A stretch of DNA of 60,607 bases, filler included, from Candidatus Aminicenantales bacterium (GTDB lineage: Bacteria > Acidobacteriota > Aminicenantia > Aminicenantales > Saccharicenantaceae), in the NCBI GenBank assembly GCA_049512315.1. It is 8 parts of 8 records of this genome, joined end to end, with 100 filler letters (N's around TTAATTAATTAA, not from the genome) between each part and the next. Parts side by side here need not be neighbours in the genome. Positions count along the whole stretch, not along the records: positions 50,520 to 56,092 come from JBEKXF010000067.1; positions 56,193 to 60,607 come from JBEKXF010000070.1; 6 more parts are not named here. One strand, 5' to 3'. This document shows, one piece after another, positions 52,515-60,607 of this stretch. Each line of letters opens with the position of its first letter. Positions within the stretch are counted from its first letter, which is position 1. A model generated the notes under the pieces. The model saw only the letters and a program-made list of their open reading frames with translations, was not told the DNA's origin and ran no database searches. The position numbers and the translations under genes are program-made.

Positions 52515-53492
52515 ATGAAAGCAATCGTCTATTACAACTACGGTTCGCCCGATGTTCTCAAGTGTGAAGAGATTGAAAAGCCGACGGCTGGGGACGATGA
52601 AGTTTTGATAAAAGTTCGCGCGGCTTCCGTCAATCCAGCAGACCGGCTCTTCCGAGGTACGTCGTACATTGTTCGCATACTGACTGGACTGCGCAAACCA
52701 AAGGACGCACGACTAGGCCGTGATGTGGCCGGCCAGGTTGAAGCGGTTGGCAGGAACGTAACCCAGTTCAAACCAGGTGACGAGGTTTTCGGCGCGTGCC
52801 GTGGGGCCTTCGCGGAGTATGCGTGTACTTCCGAGTCGGCATTGGTCATGAAGCCAGAGAACGTGACGTTTGAGCAAGCGGCTTCTGTACCTGTGGCGGC
52901 ACTCACCGCATTGCAGGGTCTTCGCGACAAGGGACAGATTCAGCCGGGGCAGAAGGTCTTGATTAACGGTGCGGCAGGAGGCGTGGGTACGTTCGCTGTG
53001 CAGATCGCTAAGTCGTTCGGTGCAAATGTGACCGGCGTATGCAGTACGAGGAATGTGGACATGGTGCGATCCATCGGTGCAGATCACGTCATTGATTATA
53101 CTCGAGAGGATTTCACCAAACGTGGGCAACGTTATGACCTGATTTTCGACTGCGTTGGCAACCATCCTTTGTCAGCATGCAGGCACGTCTTAAATCCCAA
53201 GGGCATATGCGTCCTCGTCGGAGCACCCCACAAAGTCTGGATTGTTCTGATTCGTGCACTCAAAGCGCTTGCGTTGTCACGGTTTGTGAGCCAGAAGTTC
53301 GTCATGTTTATCGCGAGACGGAGCAAAGAGGACTTAACCATCATGTGCGATCTCATGAAGACCGGAAAGGTAACACCGGTCATCGACAAGCTTTACAAGT
53401 TGAGTGAGGTCCCTGACGCTATCCGGTATCTGGAAGAAGGGCATGCTCGAGGAAAAGTAGTAATAACTTTGGAATATAACAGCAAAATGTGA
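52515..53492 (+). CDS. NAD(P)-dependent alcohol dehydrogenase / quinone oxidoreductase (MDR family)
   Basis: AASVNPAD, INGAAGGVG and GHARGKVV motifs. Confidence 0.92.
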   Translation: MKAIVYYNYGSPDVLKCEEIEKPTAGDDEVLIKVRAASVNPADRLFRGTSYIVRILTGLRKPKDARLGRDVAGQVEAVGRNVTQFKPGDEVFGACRGAFAEYACTSESALVMKPENVTFEQAASVPVAALTALQGLRDKGQIQPGQKVLINGAAGGVGTFAVQIAKSFGANVTGVCSTRNVDMVRSIGADHVIDYTREDFTKRGQRYDLIFDCVGNHPLSACRHVLNPKGICVLVGAPHKVWIVLIRALKALALSRFVSQKFVMFIARRSKEDLTIMCDLMKTGKVTPVIDKLYKLSEVPDAIRYLEEGHARGKVVITLEYNSKM

Positions 53493-53580
53493 TGACCTGC
53501 CCTCCTTAAAACGAGCTGAGAACATACATAAAAAGCTCCGCCGGCCAGGTTGGGCTTTTCGTCCGGCGGCACGGGCCGCC

Positions 53581-53979
53581 TTACTCCTCCTTCCGCTCCG
53601 GTCTTGCATGGACGAAGCGCTTGTCGAGCATAACGGAGTGCTTGGCGGCGACGCGCTCGGCGTACTTGCTTTTGGGCAGGCGGCCGGCCTTCCAGAGGAC
53701 GATGTAGACGAGGTCGCAGAAGAGGCCCTTGTCGATCCCGAACATCTTGTAGAGCTCCTTGACCGATTTGCCCTCGTCGTGGGCCTTGAGAATGGCGGCC
53801 GCGTTGGCGTCGACCTGACCCTGGATCTTGGCCTCCTTGTCTTCTGCCGCCTTGGCTGGCTTGGCGGCTTTCGCCTCCGCCTTCGCCTTGGTCTCCGCCG
53901 TCTTCGTCTTGGTTTCCGTCCCTGCCGGGGCCGCCGTGCGTACGGCCTCGACGGCCTTCGCCGTTTTTTTCTTGGTCAT
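53581..53979 (-). CDS. Small basic protein with predicted HTH (multicopy, copy 2)
   Basis: Paralog of 13834-14196 with a 12-aa longer Ala/Lys linker; shares about 145 bp of upstream sequence. Confidence 0.85.
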   Translation of the reverse strand: MTKKKTAKAVEAVRTAAPAGTETKTKTAETKAKAEAKAAKPAKAAEDKEAKIQGQVDANAAAILKAHDEGKSVKELYKMFGIDKGLFCDLVYIVLWKAGRLPKSKYAERVAAKHSVMLDKRFVHARPERKEE

Positions 53980-54216
53980 CTTTTCTCCTTCCAGGCCTAT
54001 AGTCTCAGACCGGTTCCGGAAAGCACACAAGAATGTCCGCCGGCAAATCGCAGATAACGGCCGATATGCGGAAAACACTATTCCTACTGGGACCGTAGGT
54101 TATCGGGATTTCGGGGAGGGAACTTTAAGTTGCGCGGTGAAGTGGAGACTGCCCTCGCACTTTTTGACAAGCCGAGGCCAGCGATTCATAATAAATAACT
54201 ACAAAAAGGAGATTCT

Positions 54217-54762
54217 ATGACCCCCAATAAATTCACCGCCCTGGATGTCATTCACTCCCGCAAGAGCGTCCGCGAATTCACCGGAGAGGCCGTGGCCCGC
54301 AAAGACTTAAACACTATCCTCAGAGCGGCCATGGCCGCGCCGTCCGCCGTCAATTGCCAGCCCTGGGCGTTCGTCGTGGTCACGGAACACGCGATGCTGA
54401 ATACGCTGGCCGACGGGTTGCCCTATGCCCAGATGCTGCGGCGGGCCGGGGCTGGGATCGTCGTCTGCGCCGTTGTGGAGAAGGCGTTCAACAAGATAGC
54501 CGAGTTTGCCATCATCGACAGCGCCCTGGCCGCCCAGAATATCCTTCTGGCCGCCGAAGCGCTGGGGCTGGGCGCGGTCTGGACCGCCGCCTATCCCGAC
54601 CCAGGGAAGGCGGCTTTCGTCCGGGAGACGCTCGGTATTCCCAAGGACGTGATCCCGCTGGCCGTCATTCCCGTCGGATACCCGTCCGGCGCCGAAGAGC
54701 CGAAGGACAAATTCAAGGAAGAAAACATCCATTGGGAACGCTGGAATTATAGCGGGCTATAA
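54217..54762 (+). CDS. Nitroreductase family protein
   Basis: SRKSVREF, AAPSAVNCQPW and LGLGAVW motifs. Confidence 0.93.
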   Translation: MTPNKFTALDVIHSRKSVREFTGEAVARKDLNTILRAAMAAPSAVNCQPWAFVVVTEHAMLNTLADGLPYAQMLRRAGAGIVVCAVVEKAFNKIAEFAIIDSALAAQNILLAAEALGLGAVWTAAYPDPGKAAFVRETLGIPKDVIPLAVIPVGYPSGAEEPKDKFKEENIHWERWNYSGL

Positions 54763-54852
54763 CAGAGTCGCGGCGACGCGCTCGGCGTACTTGATTGAAG
54801 ATTTCGCTTCTAAGATGGTATCTTCGGAGGGGCAGGTCACCGAATCAAGCGT

Positions 54853-56092
54853 CTATTTAAATGGTGCCTCCACATCTTTCGTTTGCCTCTTCGGCAAAAT
54901 AAGCTTTACGACACGTTCATAGAAGAAATAATCCCATGCCCAATTAATGAGCACGAGAAGACGGTTGCGAAATCCTATTAGTTTATATATATGCACTGTC
55001 AGCCATAAAACCCAGGCGGGGAAACCCGTAAATGATTTATTTTTTAATCGGGCAATCGCAGTATTCCGCCCTATGACCACCATTACGCCGGGGTCCCGGT
55101 AATGAAAAGGCTCTGGGCTTTTTCCCCTTGTCTGCCGTGCGATATTACGCGCGGCCGTGGTTGCCTGTTGGATTGCAACCGGCGCTATCATCGGTAAAGA
55201 TTTGCCACCATCCTCAAAATAAGCCAAATCGCCTATGACATAAATTTCGGGATGATCCCTCACTTGAAGAGTTACCAGCACTTTTACGCGCCCATTTTGA
55301 GTCAGTTCCAAGTCCGCGTTTTGCGCCAACGAAGCTCCACGAATCCCTGCTGTCCAGACGACCGTCTGTGTTGGTATAACTTGTCCGTTTTTCAATCGTA
55401 TCGAATCTCTTGTGACTTGCGTGACGGGGGATTCTACGTACATCTCTATCCCCATCTGACGCAGTCGCGAACTAGAGTAGTTGCGGCAACATTCGGGAAA
55501 ACCGGGCAGGAGATTGTCCGAGGCTTCTATAAGAACCATGCGAATTTCCTTGGAATCTAGGTCAGGATAATCTTTCAAAAGAGGTCCCCGGATCAGCTCA
55601 GCCAGGGCACCGGCAATTTCCACGCCCGTGGGACCGCCTCCAACGATAGTGAAGGTCAACATTCTGCGTCGGTGTTCCGAATCCTCTTCCTGTATTGCCC
55701 TTTCGAAGCTATAAAGAATGTGGTTTCGCAATGTGATAGCATCTTCGAGCGTTTTCAGCGGAAACGCATATTCGGAGGCGCCTGTTATTCCGAAGAAGCT
55801 CGCTTCACTTCCATTTGCGAGTATAAGGTAATCGTATGGGATGGATCGCTTGCTAGTTCTTATCCGATGCATCGGAATATCAATCGTTTCGACATCAACC
55901 ATTTCCATACGAACATTGGGCAGCTTTCGCAGGATGTTTCGAACTGGGTAGGCGACATCCTCCGGCTCCAGTTCAGCCGCAGCCACCTGGTAAATAAGAG
56001 GCAGAAACGTGTGGTAGTTGTTGCGTTCAAGGATGAGAATCTCAACTCGTGCTCTTGCAAGAGCACGAGCCGCCCACAACCCACCGAATCCA
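54853..56092 (-). CDS. ndh: Type II NADH dehydrogenase-like FAD-dependent oxidoreductase (5' end at contig edge)
   Basis: YHTFLPLIYQVA, VGGGPTGVE, IGDLA and APVAIQQ motifs. Confidence 0.85.
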
Positions 56093-56192
56093 NNNNNNNN
56101 NNNNNNNNNNNNNNNNNNNNNNNNNNNNNNNNNNNNTTAATTAATTAANNNNNNNNNNNNNNNNNNNNNNNNNNNNNNNNNNNNNNNNNNNN

Positions 56193-56333
56193 GTCAACCC
56201 AAACGCTCGGAGCCTTGCCATTGTTGCCGGCGAATAGACTGGTAGGACCCACCACAATGTCTCTGATGCAAATCCACACAAGGCAAATCGCGATAACTGT
56301 CAGAATGAACCTGAGATATTTGTCATTTTTCAT
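56193..56333 (-). CDS. Small membrane-anchored hypothetical protein, partial
   Basis: MKNDKYLRFILTVIAICLVWICIRD with RBS; contig edge. Confidence 0.55.
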
Positions 56334-56769
56334 AATCGTCTCCCTTCATCAAGATGGCCTAATTCTACCCTCGGCCCCCAGGCGTCGCAATAGGCGCGTC
56401 TCCGAGGCAGAGGAAGAGACTGGGGAAGGCTAGGAGCCAAGGGCGGGGTAGTCTGCTTGCTTATCTGAGCCCTCTGGATGGCTGTGAACGCGTCCGTTTT
56501 GGGCCGACGGACCCGTCACCCCCCACTCGAGATTAAAGTGGAAATAGCCTGCTATGAAATTCGCGATACTCGGCAGGCATATAGACCATATCAGGAGGCA
56601 GGTCCATTGGCTATGCTTGAATCCTTGCCAAATGGCGTCAGCTAAAATATCATGAGAGACGGAATCTGTAGCTTGAGAAATCAGCTCGCCCGTCCGAAAC
56701 CGCCTGACGACAAACATCGCTCTTCATCTTGAAGCCGGGAAGGAGATGAGAAGGCGCCGACCGGCAGCG

Positions 56770-57345
56770 CTACGATTTCTTTTTCTCTGCGCTGGCCTGG
56801 AAGAGCACCTTGGGCGCTGACCCGAACTTCGTCATCTCGATCCGCCCAGTCTGAGGCTGGAGGTCGATTCCAGCATCTTGGTAAAGCCGACCGTCCCCCA
56901 TTCCTTTCTCATTCAGGTTTAGCTCGAGGACCATGAAAAGATCGGCCTGCCTCACAATCTGAGTCTCCTGGTTCCAGGCCTCCCTCAGCATGAAACACTG
57001 GAGCTTTCTCCCTTTTTTTGTGGGGATGACCTGGGCCGCGTGGACCGGGAGGTTCCAGCCCCGGCTGTCCATGATCCGGACGACGCCTTTCTTCATGTCC
57101 GTGAAAGCTTTCAGGAAGGCGTTGGTCCCGGCGTTGTTCAAGGTCTCCTGCAAGCGGATCACGTCTTCGGCGGTCGTGTACTCCTGAATCTCGACCCTGA
57201 TCCTGACCGTCGCCGGCTCAACGGGAGGCTTCCCCGTCAGCATCAGGGCCTTGTAGACATCTGTAGCGGAAAGAGGGGATGAGATGGTCACTCCCACGAC
57301 AAGCGCCAAAACCACGCGAGTTCCCCGACGGAGCCATGCTCTCAT
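56770..57345 (-). CDS. Hypothetical secreted protein
   Basis: Signal peptide (…SSPLSA); high-GC codon pattern. Confidence 0.7.
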   Translation of the reverse strand: MRAWLRRGTRVVLALVVGVTISSPLSATDVYKALMLTGKPPVEPATVRIRVEIQEYTTAEDVIRLQETLNNAGTNAFLKAFTDMKKGVVRIMDSRGWNLPVHAAQVIPTKKGRKLQCFMLREAWNQETQIVRQADLFMVLELNLNEKGMGDGRLYQDAGIDLQPQTGRIEMTKFGSAPKVLFQASAEKKKS

Positions 57346-57554
57346 ATTTTTTTTCTTTGCTTTCGCCCGCGCACTATGGATTAAAAATACGCCGGAGACC
57401 GGATGAAGTCAATCCGGCGAGGGAGATCACGATCCTCCTGAGTGATCTGCTCCCCCTATCTTGGTCCATTCGGAAGGGCAGTTTTTTTGCCAGAAAACCC
57501 ACATAATGGGTGGCCCATTTTTCAGGGATGAGGTCCGTTTTTGTTCCAAGCGTC

Positions 57555-59183
57555 TTACTTCAGCATTTCAACGGGGATGCGAAGGGGTTTGCGCGGCAGC
57601 ATCTCCTCCCGCATGGCCGTGTGATAGACAAAGGCGGCCATGACGACGGCCGATTGCACAAGGTCTTCGGGGACGCAGTGGTCGTAGACGTCCTGGTTGG
57701 TGTGATGTAGGGCCGGGAAGTAGTCGATGGGATCCTGGATGAACTGGAAGGCCGGGATGCCGATATAATCGAACGGCAGGTGGTCGGTCCCCTCGGTCGG
57801 CTGCAGGGCGATCGTCGTGACGCCGAGGTCCCGAAGGGGCTTCATCCACTCGTCGAAGATCGGCCTGACCTGGAAATTCTCCTGAATGTAGATCCCCCTG
57901 ATCCGGCCCGAGCCGTTGTCGTAGTTGAAGTAGCCGGAGATCTTGTTGTAGTCCGGCTTGGCGATGATCTTCTTGGAATCGCCGAGAGGGTTCCGCCAGT
58001 TTTTTTCGTAAGCTTCCCAATCCGGCTTTTCGAGGATCTTCTTGTCGGTATCCCCGAAATGAGTGAAGACGTACCCCCGCGAACCGTAGAATCCTTCCTC
58101 TTCTCCGGTCCAGAAAGTGGCGCGGATGGTCCGTCGCGGCTTCACGCCAAGGGCCTTAAGGACGCGCATGGCCTCCAGAACGACCATGCAGCCGGAAGCG
58201 TCATCGACAGCGCCCGTGCCGCCGGCCCAGGAATCGAAATGCCCGCCGAGCATCACGAGTTCATCCTTTTTGTCGGTTCCCGGGATCTCGGCGACAACGT
58301 TATAACCCTGGCGGTCTTTGTCATAGATCGTGCTTTTGACCTCGATCTCGAGGGTCACCGGGACTTTGAGGTCCAGGATGCGGCAGATTCGGGCGTAAGG
58401 TTCGGCGGCCATGACGATCTTGGGACTCTGACCCGGCGTCAGGTTGTCCTTCCCGTTGCCTTCATAAGCGTCGACATGGACCGTGCCGAAATCACTCATG
58501 CCCGGAGAGCTGGATTCAACGAGAACGCCGACGTCCTCCGTCCTGTAGAAGGCGACGAGGTCCTCCCATTTGACCTCCGGCTTCGGTTGTTCCTCGGCCG
58601 GCTTGATGGGGATCGGAGTGTCCGTGAGTTCTTTCAGATCCTGGTCGTTGAGGCGGCGGGCGATGGGCTTGAAGACGGGGGGAGTCGGCCTGGGCGGCTG
58701 TGTGAAAACGATGGCTCCCTTGAGCTTGCCTTTGTATTTTTCCAGGTCGGCTTTGGTATTGATGACGGCCAGGACCGGCTGACCCGTGATCTTACCTTTT
58801 GTGCCCATTGTCCAGGGGACGGGATAGGCGACGATCGGAGCATAAGAGGGCGCCGTCATATGGACCGATATATACTCGTTGGACCAGCCCAGTCCGAACT
58901 CGCCGCATGGCTCGACGGCCACATTCTCCAAACCGTATTCCCTGAACTTGGCGACCGCCCAGTCATAGGCTTTTTTCATCGCCGGAGAGCCGGGAATGCG
59001 CGGGCCGATCACGTCGGTCAGGTAGCTCAGATCCTTCATGAGATGCGACCGATTGACGGCTTCTTCCCAGATCCGGCTGACCGTTCTCGTGTCGGCTTTG
59101 TCCTGGGGTGACTGAGAGTACGAGAATGAGAACACAAGGAGCGCCAGAAGGACGCCTGCGGCCAAGAGACGATGCGGTTTCAT
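57555..59183 (-). CDS. M28-family metallopeptidase
   Basis: GGHFDSW, GAVDDASG, GEEEG, TDHLPF and HHTNQD motifs; AGGAGG RBS before ATG at 59183. Confidence 0.92.
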   Translation of the reverse strand: MKPHRLLAAGVLLALLVFSFSYSQSPQDKADTRTVSRIWEEAVNRSHLMKDLSYLTDVIGPRIPGSPAMKKAYDWAVAKFREYGLENVAVEPCGEFGLGWSNEYISVHMTAPSYAPIVAYPVPWTMGTKGKITGQPVLAVINTKADLEKYKGKLKGAIVFTQPPRPTPPVFKPIARRLNDQDLKELTDTPIPIKPAEEQPKPEVKWEDLVAFYRTEDVGVLVESSSPGMSDFGTVHVDAYEGNGKDNLTPGQSPKIVMAAEPYARICRILDLKVPVTLEIEVKSTIYDKDRQGYNVVAEIPGTDKKDELVMLGGHFDSWAGGTGAVDDASGCMVVLEAMRVLKALGVKPRRTIRATFWTGEEEGFYGSRGYVFTHFGDTDKKILEKPDWEAYEKNWRNPLGDSKKIIAKPDYNKISGYFNYDNGSGRIRGIYIQENFQVRPIFDEWMKPLRDLGVTTIALQPTEGTDHLPFDYIGIPAFQFIQDPIDYFPALHHTNQDVYDHCVPEDLVQSAVVMAAFVYHTAMREEMLPRKPLRIPVEMLK

Positions 59184-59451
59184 CAGAGTTCCCTCCTGCC
59201 TTAAGAATAGGCCATTATCATAATTTTTATTCATAGTCCGGGCAAAGGATTTTTTACAGGTTATGCCAACTGCTTTTGGACCCGGGATTTTGCCTCCTTT
59301 TTCCACTTCAAAAGGTGGCGCTCATTACGCCCTATTTCCGACCATCTTTTACCGATAGGCTCGGATGCATTTAGAGGAGCGGCTTGCCCTGATTGACTTG
59401 CCAACCGATGCTTGTTGCTATCCTTAGCCCAACAAAGAAAGGGAAACTCTG

Positions 59452-60369
59452 GTGGCCATCAAGTGCCCCAAGTGCCATTCTGAAAACACTGATACTGCCC
59501 TTTATTGCAGCAATTGTGCTACATCGCTCACCGCCGCTGGGAAGCCGAGCGTGTCCGTCACCCGGACGCTCGAAACAACAACCGACGAACTTGCCAGGGG
59601 GAGGACTGTCTTCGCCGGTCGCTATGAGATTATCGAGGAGCTGGGGACCGGAGGCATGGGGCGTGTCTACCGGGCTCACGACACCAAGCTTAACGAGGAG
59701 GTCGCCCTCAAACTCATCAAGCCAGAGATCGCGGCCGAGAAGCGGGTGATCGAGCGCTTCCGGAACGAGCTCAAGACGGCCCGCAAGATCACCCATAAGA
59801 ACGTTTGCCGGATGTACGACTTTCACGAGGAGGGGAAGACACTCTACCTGACGATGGAATACGTCCGGGGGGAGGACCTTAAGAGCCTGATCCACAGGAC
59901 GAAAGCGCTAACGGTCGGCGCTTCCCTGGCAATTGCCCGCCAGGTTGCCGAGGGCCTGGCCGAAGCCCACAAGTTGGGCATCGTGCACCGAGATCTGAAG
60001 CCCGGCAACATCATGATCGACAAGGAAGGCCAAGCCAAGATCATGGACTTCGGGATCTCCCGGTCGCTCGCCGGAGGAGGGACGACTGCCGAAGGGGCGA
60101 TCATCGGGACGCCGGAATATATGAGTCCGGAGCAAGTCGAGGGGAAGGAGGCTGACCAGCGGTCGGATATCTATGCCCTGGGGATTATTCTCTTCGAGAT
60201 GGTGACAGGGAGGCTGCCTTTCGAAGGGGAGACCCCGTTCAGCATCGCGAACAAGCAGAAAACCGAGCCTCCTCCCGACCCGCGGAAGCTCAATCCTCAG
60301 ATTGTTCTTCGTCAGGCGGTTTCGGATTCGCGAGCTGATTTCTTAAGCTACGGATTCCGTCTCTCATGA
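59452..60369 (+). pseudogene. Hanks-type Ser/Thr kinase with N-terminal zinc ribbon, interrupted by IS at 60303
   Basis: CPKC…CSNC, GTGGMG, HRDLKPGN, DFG, YMSPEQ; homology stops at KLNPQI before subdomain XI. Confidence 0.88.
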
Positions 60370-60607
60370 TATTTTAGCTGACGCCGTTTGGCAAGGGTTC
60401 AAGCATCGCCATCCGGTTCAACTCCCTCCTCATCTTCATGGTCTCCAGCCGGACCTTTTCCCTCTTTCTCAGGATCACGCGGTCCCTTCCGTAATACTTG
60501 TCCGCGGGGGTCACGTTGTCGATGGCCTCGTGATACCGCTGGTGATTGTAATATTCCACCCACTCCCGGATCCTTTCGGTCAGCTCGGCGGGGGCATAGT
60601 AATTGTC
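60303..60607 (-). mobile_element. IS3-family (type B) right end with OrfB C-terminus (60374-60607)
   Basis: EYYNHQRYHEAIDNVTPADKYYGR integrase-core tail; terminal TGTTCTTCGTCAGG resembles the left end TGCTTGACGTCA. Confidence 0.88.

Overview
The window is eight unordered contig pieces of a draft or metagenome-assembled bacterial genome, joined by artificial N/TTAATTAATTAA/N spacers. Gene content suggests Candidatus Aminicenantes or another Acidobacteriota-related lineage (inference). Core genes include the 3' half of rpoD, an LPG-synthase-like gene, nrdR, hsp20, lon, thiL and tRNA-Gln(CTG). Accessory content includes a 2628-aa surface protein with 19 tandem 96-aa Ca-motif Ig-like repeats followed by a small beta-barrel gene, a RAPP-motif leader upstream of a TonB-dependent receptor, and a tRNA-Gln-linked ATPase/HEPN-like/DUF3467 island. 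There is also a duplicated Crp/Fnr stress cluster, several redox enzymes and peptidases. The most unusual signal is intergenic. Many spacers are mosaics of short (about 30-110 bp) solo ends from several IS3-family-like elements, tRNA/att fragments and pieces of a multicopy small basic HTH-like gene, which is followed by a reusable terminator-promoter placed before different cargo genes. These ends supply the stop codon of rpoD, truncate several genes and bracket transposase-less cargo units.
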